Shown: piece by piece, positions 1 to 7,289 of the stretch | How positions within the stretch are numbered: the first letter of the stretch is position 1 | Layout of the letters: the number at the start of each line of letters is the position of its first letter | Assembly (NCBI GenBank): GCA_017447445.1 | Contig: JAFSNK010000024.1 | Coordinates: 30,877 to 94,876 of the forward strand | Origin: Clostridia bacterium | Lineage (GTDB): Bacteria; Bacillota; Clostridia; Oscillospirales; CAG-382 | Length of the DNA stretch: 64,000 nucleotides | Reading direction: 5' to 3' | The notes under the pieces: model-generated | The model's database searches: none | What the model saw: only the letters and a program-made list of their open reading frames with translations | What the model was told of the DNA's origin: nothing | Program-made: the position numbers and the translations under genes

Positions 1-866
1 GTAAGCTGATTGTGGTCGGTGGCGACGTTCGTCGTGGTGTATATCGGCGCAAGCTCGTGCTGGGCGGGGGCGACCTCGTTGTGTTCGGTCTTCGCCATTA
101 TCCCCAGCTTCCACAGCTCCTCGTTAAGTTCCTCCATATAAGCGGCGACGCGCGGCTTTATCGCGCCGAAGTAGTGGTCGTCCATCTCCTGCCCTTTAGG
201 CGGCTTCGCGCCGAAAAGCGTCCTGCCGCAGAAGCGCAGGTCGGGGCGCGCGTCGTACATTTCTTTTGTAATAAGGAAGTATTCCTGCTCCGGACCGACG
301 GAGGACGACACGCGTTTTACGGTGCGGTTGCCGAAAAGCCGAAGCACGCGCAGCGCCTGCCTGTTCAACGCCTCCATGGAGCGCAGCAGCGGCGTTTTTT
401 TGTCCAGCGCGTGCCCGCCGTAGGAGCAGAACGCGGTGGGGATGCAAAGAGTTTTTCCTTTTATGAACGCGTAGGAGGTCGGGTCCCAGGCGGTGTAGCC
501 CCTCGCCTCGAAAGTCGCTCGGAGGCCGCCCGACGGGAACGAGGAGGCGTCCGGTTCGCCTTTTATAAGCTCCTTGCCGGAAAACTCCATAATAACGCCG
601 CCGTCGGGGGACGGAACGATGAAGCCGTCGTGCTTTTCGGCGGTGATTCCGGTAAGCGGCTGGAACCAGTGCGTGAAATGCGTCGCGCCCTTCGCGACAG
701 CCCAGTCCTTCATTGCGTTGGCGACTGCGTCGGCGACCTCCGGGTCGAGCGCGGCGCCCTCGTCGATAGTGTGTTTGAGCGAAGCGTAGACTTTCGCCGA
801 AAGGACCGATTTCATTATCCTGTCGTCGAACACCATGCTTCCGAAGTAATCCGATACGGTTTTCAT
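1..866 (-). CDS. glnN: Glutamine synthetase type III (GSIII), N-terminal ~288 codons; the gene continues past the left edge
   Basis: Not in the ORF track because it has no stop in the window. Reverse translation from ATG (866-864) gives [95 protein letters not shown], which is typical GSIII. GGAGG lies 7 nt upstream. Confidence 0.85.
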   Translation of the reverse strand, partial: MKTVSDYFGSMVFDDRIMKSVLSAKVYASLKHTIDEGAALDPEVADAVANAMKDWAVAKGATHFTHWFQPLTGITAEKHDGFIVPSPDGGVIMEFSGKELIKGEPDASSFPSGGLRATFEARGYTAWDPTSYAFIKGKTLCIPTAFCSYGGHALDKKTPLLRSMEALNRQALRVLRLFGNRTVKRVSSSVGPEQEYFLITKEMYDARPDLRFCGRTLFGAKPPKGQEMDDHYFGAIKPRVAAYMEELNEELWKLGIMAKTEHNEVAPAQHELAPIYTTTNVATDHNQL

Positions 867-890
867 AACAAACCTCCGTTTGATTTTTAT

Positions 891-946
891 AAAAACAGAA
901 AAGGCGCCTTGCGTTATAAACAACGTAAAAGACGCCTTTGCCTTTT
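891..946 (-). terminator. glnN leader attenuator 2: terminator hairpin plus competing hexaloop hairpin
   Basis: Minus-sense RNA: GGCGUCUU (936-929) pairs with AAGGCGCC (910-903) and is followed by UUUUCUGUUUUU (902-891). The alternative hairpin AAAAGGC-[AAAGGC]-GUCUUUU (946-927) consumes the terminator 5' arm. Confidence 0.6.
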
Positions 947-959
947 TTTATTTGCCTAT

Positions 960-1012
960 AAAAACGAAAATCGCGCCTTTGACACCACACGGTCCAAAGA
1001 CGCCATTGCCTT
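960..1012 (-). terminator. glnN leader attenuator 1: terminator hairpin plus competing hexaloop hairpin
   Basis: Minus-sense RNA: GCGUCUUUG (1003-995) pairs with CAAAGGCGC (981-973) and is followed by GAUUUUCGUUUUU (972-960). The alternative hairpin AAGGC-[AAUGGC]-GUCUU (1012-997) overlaps the terminator 5' arm. Confidence 0.55.
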
Positions 1013-1022
1013 CAACGCGGTC

Positions 1023-1051
1023 ATTATAAACCCGCGAATACCGTTTGTCAA
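1023..1051 (-). promoter_or_regulatory. Sigma-A type promoter for glnN
   Basis: On the minus strand, TTGACA (1051-1046), a 17-nt spacer and TATAAT (1028-1023). Both hexamers match consensus exactly. Confidence 0.7.
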
Positions 1052-1079
1052 GTCCTTTTTTGATTTTTTAAGATAATTA

Positions 1080-1108
1080 TTGACAAAAGCGGCGCGGAGC
1101 GTTATAAT
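1080..1108 (+). promoter_or_regulatory. Sigma-A type promoter for the glt-glnA-ANTAR operon
   Basis: TTGACA (1080-1085), a 17-nt spacer and TATAAT (1103-1108). Both hexamers match consensus exactly. Confidence 0.7.
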
Positions 1109-1116
1109 GCAGGCAG

Positions 1117-1177
1117 ATGAGCAAAGGCGTTCATTCCCGCGCAGGCGTTCCCTGCGCCGGAAGCGGCGCCTTTTTTG
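1117..1177 (+). promoter_or_regulatory. Leader with an ANTAR-type two-hairpin antiterminator overlapping an intrinsic terminator
   Basis: Hairpin 1 is AUGAGC-[AAAGGC]-GUUCAU (1117-1134). Hairpin 2 is GCGCAGG-CGUUC-CCUGCGC (1139-1157). The terminator is GCGCCG-GAAG-CGGCGC (1154-1169) followed by C UUUUUU G. Hairpin 2 and the terminator share 1154-1157. Confidence 0.6.
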
Positions 1178-1203
1178 TTTTGCGAAAGAAGGTAGAGACC
1201 GAT

Positions 1204-2298
1204 ATGCTTAAAGAAGGAAAAGTAAGGATACCGTCCGGCTGCGCGATAGCCGCCGTGATATCCGTAAACGGCGAACGTATGTCCGGCGAGACCGTTATGC
1301 GGGCGATGGTCCCGATGCACGACAGGTCGAACGGGCTGGGCGGCGGGTTCGCCGGATACGGCATTTACCCGGAGTACAAGGACTTTTACGCTTTTCATAT
1401 GTTCTTCGACTGCCGCGACACGCGCAAGAAGTGCGAAACGTTCCTGAAAGAGCGTTTCGAAGTGGTGAAGGGCGAGGTCATCCCCACGCGCAAGATACCG
1501 GAAATAACCGACGAACCGCTGATATGGCGGTATTTCGCCGCGCCGTTGAAATCGGTGCTCGCCGACCTGCAGTTGGACGAAAAGGAATTCGTCGCGCGGA
1601 CGGTGATGAAGATCAACAGCGAAACGGAGGGCGCCTACGTCTTTTCCGGCGGAAAGAATATGGGCGCGTTCAAGGCGGTGGGGTTCCCGGAGGACGTGGG
1701 CAGGTTTTACCGCCTGGAAGAATACGGCGGTTACAGTTGGACGGCGCACGGGCGTTACCCCACAAACACCCCCGGCTGGTGGGGCGGCGCTCACCCGTTC
1801 ACCCTGCTCGATTATTCGGTGGTGCACAACGGCGAGATATCCTCCTACGACGCGAACCGCAGGTTTATAGAAATGTTCGGCTACAAATGTACTCTGCAGA
1901 CCGATACCGAGGTGATAACCTACATACTCGATTACCTCACGCGCAGGCAGGGGCTTACGCTTGAAGAGGCGGCGAGCGTGACAGCGGCGCCGTTCTGGAG
2001 CACGATAGAGAACAAAAAAGACGAATACGAGAAAGAACGGCTGACCTATTTAAGGACCGTGTTCCCGTCCCTTCTCGTAACGGGGCCGTTTTCGATAGTA
2101 CTCGGCTTCGAAGGCGGGCTGATGGCGCTGAACGACAGATTGAAGCTGCGCTCCATGGTTGTGGGCGAAAAGGGCGACAGGGTGTTTATCGCCAGCGAGG
2201 AAGCCGCGATCCGGGCGATGGAGCCGCAGGCGGAAAACGTATGGGCTCCCGCCGGAGGCGAGCCCGTGATAATCAGAGTCAAGGAGGGCTTATATTGA
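1204..2298 (+). CDS. Glutamate synthase, class-II (Ntn) glutamine amidotransferase domain protein (split GltB, part 1)
   Basis: Starts MLKEGKVRIPSGCAIAAV.., with HNGEISSY.. typical of GATase_2. The ATG at 1204 lies inside track ORF 1117-2298, and the upstream part overlaps the leader terminator. The stop overlaps the next start. Confidence 0.8.
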   Translation: MLKEGKVRIPSGCAIAAVISVNGERMSGETVMRAMVPMHDRSNGLGGGFAGYGIYPEYKDFYAFHMFFDCRDTRKKCETFLKERFEVVKGEVIPTRKIPEITDEPLIWRYFAAPLKSVLADLQLDEKEFVARTVMKINSETEGAYVFSGGKNMGAFKAVGFPEDVGRFYRLEEYGGYSWTAHGRYPTNTPGWWGGAHPFTLLDYSVVHNGEISSYDANRRFIEMFGYKCTLQTDTEVITYILDYLTRRQGLTLEEAASVTAAPFWSTIENKKDEYEKERLTYLRTVFPSLLVTGPFSIVLGFEGGLMALNDRLKLRSMVVGEKGDRVFIASEEAAIRAMEPQAENVWAPAGGEPVIIRVKEGLY

Positions 2299-3803
2299 TG
2301 GGCATCGGATTTATTTATCCCGAATACGAGGTCCTGCGCGACAAAGACCGCTGCGTGAACTGCCGCGTATGCGAGACGCAGTGCGCTAACGGAGTGCATT
2401 CGTTCAGCGCGGAGCGCGGGGCCGTGATAAGCGACGAGACGAAATGCGTGAACTGCCAGAGGTGCGTTTCGTTTTGCCCGACAAGGGCTTTGAAGATAGT
2501 AAAAAGCGCCTGCGCCCTGCGCGAAAACGCGAACTGGCGGAGCGAAACGGTAAAAGAAATATACAAGCAGGCGAACAGCGGCGGGGTGCTGCTTTCCTCG
2601 ATGGGCAACCCGAACCCGCTTCCGGTCTACTGGGACAGGATACTTATAAACGCCTCGCAGGTTACGAACCCGCCGATAGACCCCCTGCGCGAGCCGATGG
2701 AAACAAGGGTGTTCCTCGGGAAAAAACCGGACAGGATAACCCGCGGCGCGGACGGAAGGATAGAATGCCGGCTCGAACCGCAGATAGAGCTTGCGATGCC
2801 CGTGATGTTTTCCGCGATGAGCTACGGCTCGATAAGCTACAACGCGCACGCCTCGCTGGCGCGCGCCGCGACCGAGCTGGGGATACTTTACAACACCGGC
2901 GAGGGAGGTCTGCACGAGGATTTTTACCGGTACGGCAAAAACACCGTGGTGCAGGTCGCCTCCGGGCGCTTCGGCGTTCACGAGGACTATCTTAACGCCG
3001 GAGCGGCGATAGAGATAAAAATGGGGCAGGGCGCGAAGCCGGGCATCGGCGGGCATCTGCCGGGCGCGAAGATAGTCGGCGACGTTTCCCGCACGAGGAT
3101 GATACCCGAGGGCTCGGACGCCATATCCCCCGCCCCGCACCACGATATTTATTCGATAGAAGACCTGCGGCAGCTCGTATATTCGCTTAAAGAGGCGACG
3201 CAGTACAAAAAGCCGGTCATAGTTAAAGTCGCGGCGGTGCACAACATAGCCGCCATAGCAAGCGGCATTGCCCGGAGCGGCGCGGACATAATAGCCATCG
3301 ACGGCTTCCGCGGCGGCACCGGAGCCGCACCGACGAGGATACGCGACAACGTGGGGATACCGATAGAGCTCGCGCTGGCGGCGGTAGACAAACGCCTGCG
3401 CGACGAGGGCATACGCAACAGCGTTTCGCTTATCGCGGGGGGCTCCGTCCGATCGGCGGCGGACGTGGTGAAGGCGATAGCGCTCGGCGCTGACGCCTGC
3501 TATATCGCCACGGCGGCGCTGATCGCGCTCGGGTGCCATTTGTGCCGCACCTGCCAAAGCGGCAAGTGCAGCTGGGGCATCGCCACGCAGCGCCCCGACC
3601 TGGTGAAGCGGCTTGACCCGGAAGCGGGCTGCGAGCGGCTTGTGAACCTTATGACGGCGTGGCGGCACGAGATAATGGAAATGATGGGCGGAATGGGTAT
3701 TAACTCCGTAGAGGCGCTTCGCGGCAACCGGCTTATGCTGCGCGGAGTGGGGCTGAACGAAAAGGAGCTTGGCATACTCGGCATTTCCCACGCCGGGGAA
3801 TGA
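2298..3803 (+). CDS. Glutamate synthase FMN/central domain protein with N-terminal 2x[4Fe-4S] ferredoxin domain (split GltB, part 2)
   Basis: Cys motifs CVNCRVCETQC and CVNCQRCVSFCP are followed by ..MSYGSISYNAH..GEGG..GQGAKPGIGGHLPG..PHHDIYSIEDL. AAGGAGGG lies 9 nt upstream. The ATG overlaps the TGA of the upstream gene. Confidence 0.85.
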   Translation: MGIGFIYPEYEVLRDKDRCVNCRVCETQCANGVHSFSAERGAVISDETKCVNCQRCVSFCPTRALKIVKSACALRENANWRSETVKEIYKQANSGGVLLSSMGNPNPLPVYWDRILINASQVTNPPIDPLREPMETRVFLGKKPDRITRGADGRIECRLEPQIELAMPVMFSAMSYGSISYNAHASLARAATELGILYNTGEGGLHEDFYRYGKNTVVQVASGRFGVHEDYLNAGAAIEIKMGQGAKPGIGGHLPGAKIVGDVSRTRMIPEGSDAISPAPHHDIYSIEDLRQLVYSLKEATQYKKPVIVKVAAVHNIAAIASGIARSGADIIAIDGFRGGTGAAPTRIRDNVGIPIELALAAVDKRLRDEGIRNSVSLIAGGSVRSAADVVKAIALGADACYIATAALIALGCHLCRTCQSGKCSWGIATQRPDLVKRLDPEAGCERLVNLMTAWRHEIMEMMGGMGINSVEALRGNRLMLRGVGLNEKELGILGISHAGE

Positions 3804-3850
3804 CCGTTCCGCAAAGAAAAGTATTGATTTTTGCACGGAGGGACTATATA

Positions 3851-4573
3851 ATGATTACGGTAAACGCGGAAGGTATGGATTTCCGCGCGCTCAACGAAAG
3901 AATACGCGCCGCGGGCGGCGAATGCGCCGTGATAAACTGCGCGGGACAGCGCTTTTTGTGCGCGGGCGCGGCAAGCGGCGAGATCACCGCGGAAGGCGTT
4001 CCCGGGAACGCGCTCGGCGCTTATCTGAACGGCGCGCGCATAACAGTTTTCGGAAATGCGCAGGACGCGGTGGGCGACACGATGAACGACGGAACGATAA
4101 CCGTTCACGGCAATATCGGCGACGCGGCGGGCTACGCGATGCGCGGCGGCTGCATTTTCGTTAAAGGCGACGCCGGCTACCGCGCCGGGATACATATGAA
4201 AGAATACCGGGAAAAAGTCTCGGTAATGGTGATCGGCGGCCGCGCGGGCAGCTTTCTGGGCGAATACCAGGCGGGCGGGCTGATTATCGTGTTCGGGCTG
4301 AACAAAGGCGAAAAGCCGATAGTGGGCAATTTTCCCTGCACCGGGATGCACGGCGGAAAAATGATCCTGCGCTCCGACTGCCGGGACATACGCTTCCCCG
4401 GGCAGGTGTCCGTCCGCCCGGCGGAGGAAGCGGACAAGGCGCTGATAAAAAAATACGCCGCGGAATACTGCCGCCTGTTCGGCGCGGACGAAGCCGCGAT
4501 AACCGATTCGCCTTTTACGGTGATAACGCCCGGAAGCAGCAACCCATATAAACGCCTTTACGTTGCGAATTGA
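3851..4573 (+). CDS. Glutamate synthase GXGXG (alpha-subunit C-terminal) domain protein (split GltB, part 3)
   Basis: Repetitive beta-helix G-x-G pattern (VFGNAQDAVGDTMNDGTITVHGNIGDAAGYAMRGGCIFVKGDAGYRAG). GGAGGG RBS before the ATG at 3851. Confidence 0.8.
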   Translation: MITVNAEGMDFRALNERIRAAGGECAVINCAGQRFLCAGAASGEITAEGVPGNALGAYLNGARITVFGNAQDAVGDTMNDGTITVHGNIGDAAGYAMRGGCIFVKGDAGYRAGIHMKEYREKVSVMVIGGRAGSFLGEYQAGGLIIVFGLNKGEKPIVGNFPCTGMHGGKMILRSDCRDIRFPGQVSVRPAEEADKALIKKYAAEYCRLFGADEAAITDSPFTVITPGSSNPYKRLYVAN

Positions 4574-4625
4574 AGCGTTCGCGTCGCTTTTGCCCCATTA
4601 TGATACACGATAACGGGAGGATATT

Positions 4626-5834
4626 ATGAAATATTCAAAAGAAGAGGTCCTGCAATACGTTTCGGAGGAGGACGTGAAGTTTATCCGTCTTGCCTTCTGC
4701 GACGTTTTCGGGAAACAGAAAAACATTTCGATAATCGCGGAAGAACTGCCGCGCGCCTTCGAGCACGGCATAGCGTTCGACGCCTCGGCGATAAAAGGAT
4801 TCGGCGACGAAACGCATTCCGATCTTTTCCTGCACCCCGATCCGGAAACACTTACCTGGCTGCCCTGGCGCCCGGAGCACGGCAAAGTGGTGCGTATGTT
4901 CTGCCGTATAACCTACCCGGACGGCAGGCCCTTTGAATGCGATACGAGAAGTTTGCTGAAACGCGCCGTCGCGGACGCGTACGAAGCGGGCGTTACTTTT
5001 TATTTCGGCGCCGAGCAGGAGTTTTATCTGTTCGAGCTCGACGATAAGAACGCGCCCACGAAGATCCCCTACGACAACGCCGGATATATGGACATAGCGC
5101 CGGAGGACAAGGGCGAAAACGTCCGCCGGGAGATCTGCCTTACCCTGGAGCAAATGGGCATCCGCCCGGAAAGCTCCCACCACGAGGAGGGCCCCGGGCA
5201 GAACGAGATCGACTTCCGTTATACCGAGGCGCTCGCCGCCGCGGACAACGTTATGACGTTCCAGACCGTGGTGCGTACCGTCGCGCGGCGCAACGGGCTT
5301 TACGCCGATTTTTCGCCCAAACCGCTTGCAAACGCCCCGGGCAACGGATTCCACATAAACTTTTCGGTACGCCCGGACGGCGGCGCGGAAAAGCTTAACG
5401 CCGTTATCGCCGGTATCCTGGAAAAAGCCGCGCCGATGACTCTGTTCCTCAACCCCTGCGAGAACTCTTACGAACGGCTCGGAAGGATGAAAGCCCCGGG
5501 ATACGTTTCCTGGTCCGCGGAGAACCGTTCGCAGCTTATAAGGATACCCGCGGCATCGGGCGAGTTCCGCCGCGCGGAGCTGCGCTCGCCGGATCCGTTC
5601 GCAAACCCGTATATAGCGTTTACGCTTATGATACGCGCCGGGCTATACGGCATGGAAAACGGTCTGACGCTGCCCGAAGCGCTGGATCTGAATCTGTTCA
5701 AAGCCGACGAAAAAACGCTGTCTAAGATCCGCCGGCTTCCGAAATGCCTTGAAGAAGCGAAAAAAGCGGCGGACGACGGTTTTATAAAAGCGTTTATCCC
5801 CGCGCAGATAACGGAGATCTACCGCGCGGAATAA
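4626..5834 (+). CDS. glnA: Glutamine synthetase type I (short form, 402 aa)
   Basis: ..VKFIRLAFCDVFGKQKN.., GAEQEFYLF, SSHHEEGPGQNEIDF and NGFHINFS motifs. GGGAGG RBS. Confidence 0.85.
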   Translation: MKYSKEEVLQYVSEEDVKFIRLAFCDVFGKQKNISIIAEELPRAFEHGIAFDASAIKGFGDETHSDLFLHPDPETLTWLPWRPEHGKVVRMFCRITYPDGRPFECDTRSLLKRAVADAYEAGVTFYFGAEQEFYLFELDDKNAPTKIPYDNAGYMDIAPEDKGENVRREICLTLEQMGIRPESSHHEEGPGQNEIDFRYTEALAAADNVMTFQTVVRTVARRNGLYADFSPKPLANAPGNGFHINFSVRPDGGAEKLNAVIAGILEKAAPMTLFLNPCENSYERLGRMKAPGYVSWSAENRSQLIRIPAASGEFRRAELRSPDPFANPYIAFTLMIRAGLYGMENGLTLPEALDLNLFKADEKTLSKIRRLPKCLEEAKKAADDGFIKAFIPAQITEIYRAE

Positions 5835-5890
5835 CTCCGGGCGGATAAAACAAGCCGGCGCGGCAGGACAGCGAAAGGAGGGAGCAAAGG

Positions 5891-6475
5891 ATGAGTCTGA
5901 AAGAACAAATATACGCCGTTCTGGCGGTTTCCGCCGCGGAAAAATTCAATCAGGCGCTTCCGGATATTTTCACGCCCTCCGTATTCTCGCCGCTGAACTG
6001 CGTTTCCAGCGTGAGCGCCGCCAAACGCGCCGCCGCGGAACGCGATTTCGATTTTATAATAATCAATTCTCCCCTGCCGGACGATTCCGGCATAAGGTTC
6101 GCCATCGACGCCGCCTCCTCCCGCGGGACTGTGGTGCTGTTCCTTTCCCGAGCCGAGCAGTACCCCGACGCGTTCGACAAGCTTGCCGAACACGGGGTGT
6201 TCCTTATGCAGAAGCCGGTCTCCTCGTCCTCGTTCCGGCTCGCCTCCGAATGGCTCATAAGCGCGCGCGAACGAATAAGAAAAACCGAAAAGAAAACGCT
6301 TTCGATAGAAGAAAAAATGAACGAGATACGCATCGTAAACCGCGCGAAGTGGCTTTTGATAAGCGAGCTTAAAATGTCGGAGCCCGACGCACACCGCTAT
6401 ATCGAAAAACAGGCGATGGACCGTTGCGTTTCCAGACGCACTATCGCGGAAGAGATAATAAAAACGTATGAGTAG
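5891..6475 (+). CDS. ANTAR-domain RNA-binding antiterminator with receiver-like N-terminal domain
   Basis: The C-terminus NRAKWLLISELKMSEPDAHRYIEKQAMDRCVSRRTIAEEII is an ANTAR signature. The N-terminal part looks REC-like but reads FIIINSPLPDDSG at the expected phospho-Asp position. AGGAGGGAG RBS. Confidence 0.8.
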   Translation: MSLKEQIYAVLAVSAAEKFNQALPDIFTPSVFSPLNCVSSVSAAKRAAAERDFDFIIINSPLPDDSGIRFAIDAASSRGTVVLFLSRAEQYPDAFDKLAEHGVFLMQKPVSSSSFRLASEWLISARERIRKTEKKTLSIEEKMNEIRIVNRAKWLLISELKMSEPDAHRYIEKQAMDRCVSRRTIAEEIIKTYE

Positions 6476-6554
6476 CTAAAAAAGCAAGGTTGTCTATGGC
6501 TTTTTCATAAATGCAGAATTATAGTAGAATTATCACGCAGTAATATTCATATGT

Positions 6555-6599
6555 AAAAAAATACGAACTCCGGCTTTTCGGCAGGGTTCGTATTTTTTT
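6555..6599. terminator. Bidirectional intrinsic terminator downstream of the ANTAR gene
   Basis: A-run 6555-6560, stem AUACGAAC (6561-6568) / GUUCGUAU (6586-6593), T-run 6594-6599. Confidence 0.7.
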
Positions 6600-6603
6600 C
6601 TGC

Positions 6604-6619
6604 GCGGCTGATGGGACTT
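6604..6619. repeat. 16-nt duplicate of the tRNA-Leu 3' end (att-like direct repeat)
   Basis: GCGGCTGATGGGACTT at 6604-6619 is identical to 6821-6836. That sequence covers the tRNA acceptor 3' strand, the T-stem and part of the T-loop. Confidence 0.7.
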
Positions 6620-6630
6620 CTTGCCTTTTT

Positions 6631-6705
6631 CCCCAAAAATGCAAGCATTTTCGGGGACCCCGTTTTTGCCCCAAAAATGCAAGCATTTTCGGGGACCCCC
6701 GTTCG
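6631..6705. repeat. Two tandem copies (38-bp period) of a palindromic unit
   Basis: CCCCAAAAATGCAAGCATTTTCGGGGACCCC at 6631-6661 and again at 6669-6699 (31/31 identical). The core AAAATGC-AA-GCATTTT is a perfect palindrome. Confidence 0.85.
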
Positions 6706-6781
6706 GGCAAGCCGCGGTCGGCTCTGACAGCCCCCCGGGCTGCCATTCACTACCGACCGTTCAAGTCCCTTCAAATCAACG

Positions 6782-6806
6782 AAAAAAAGACACCCTAACG
6801 GGTATC
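6782..6806 (-). terminator. Intrinsic terminator of tRNA-Leu
   Basis: Minus-sense GAUACCC-GUUA-GGGUGUC followed by UUUUUUU, starting 10 nt after the tRNA CCA end. Confidence 0.7.
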
Positions 6807-6816
6807 TTTTCTTCGT

Positions 6817-6899
6817 TGGTGCGGCTGATGGGACTTGAACCCATACGGTTGCCCACACGCCCCTCAAACGTGCGCGTCTGCCAGTTCCGCCACAGCCGC
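6817..6899 (-). tRNA. tRNA-Leu (anticodon GAG), type II with long variable arm, CCA encoded
   Basis: Manual cloverleaf: acceptor GCGGCUG/CAGCCGC, anticodon stem CACGU/GCGUG with loop UU-GAG-GG, T-arm AUGGG-UUCAAGU-CCCAU, then A-CCA. Confidence 0.9.
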
Positions 6900-6987
6900 A
6901 TCCTTATGCACGCGTTAAGCTCCCGCCATAACGCACGGGAGGCAGGCAAGCCGCAAAGCGGCACGCCGTTCAAAACGCGCAAGAATT

Positions 6988-7015
6988 ATTATACACATAT
7001 ATTTTTGTTTGTCAA
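6988..7015 (-). promoter_or_regulatory. Candidate promoter for tRNA-Leu
   Basis: On the minus strand, TTGACA (7015-7010), a 16-nt spacer and TATAAT (6993-6988). This lies ~80 nt upstream of the mature 5' end. Confidence 0.55.
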
Positions 7016-7033
7016 GCGTTTTTTCTAATTTTT

Positions 7034-7273
7034 TCAGATATCCACAAACACCGTTTCGTCGGAATCCGGGAGCACGCGCGGACGCGGCTCCAGTTTTAAC
7101 AGATCGGGCATAAAGCGGCGGCAGGTGGATACGGCGCGAACAACGCCGTTTTCGTCGCAGACGCAGACTTCCGATTCGCGGATGACCACCGCGTGCTCGC
7201 AATAGGCGCAGACGCGCTCTATCTTATCGTCCTTTTTCAAACAGTTCGCCCCCTTCACCGTTTTATAATACAC
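7034..7273 (-). CDS. Small Cys-rich hypothetical protein (start uncertain)
   Basis: The ORF contains CAYCEH..CVCD..C. The track start is GTG without an SD. A TTG at 7240 is preceded by GAAGGGGG and may be the true start. Confidence 0.45.
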   Translation of the reverse strand: MYYKTVKGANCLKKDDKIERVCAYCEHAVVIRESEVCVCDENGVVRAVSTCRRFMPDLLKLEPRPRVLPDSDETVFVDI

Positions 7274-7289
7274 CCGCGCGGCGGTTTTG

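Noticed and set aside
12-1076. 354-aa plus-strand ORF (and 196-990 minus) across the first kilobase
   Set aside because: It is Arg/Gly/Val-rich, low-complexity and antisense or out of frame to a clear GSIII reading frame. This is typical of spurious ORFs in high-G+C DNA. It also runs through the promoter and leader region.
2046-3836. 596-aa minus-strand ORF
   Set aside because: It is antisense to the well-supported glutamate synthase FMN-domain gene. The composition is Arg/Ala/Gly-rich with no motifs.
4574-4625. Additional ANTAR target or terminator between the GXGXG gene and glnA
   Set aside because: Only a weak 5-bp stem (AAGCG/CGCTT) is present, with no hexaloop A..G pattern and no convincing U-run.
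6631-6705. Possible CRISPR array or sigma-54 promoter in the tandem palindromes
   Set aside because: There are only two directly adjacent copies with no spacers and no cas genes. The TTGCA string lacks a correctly spaced GG -24 element.
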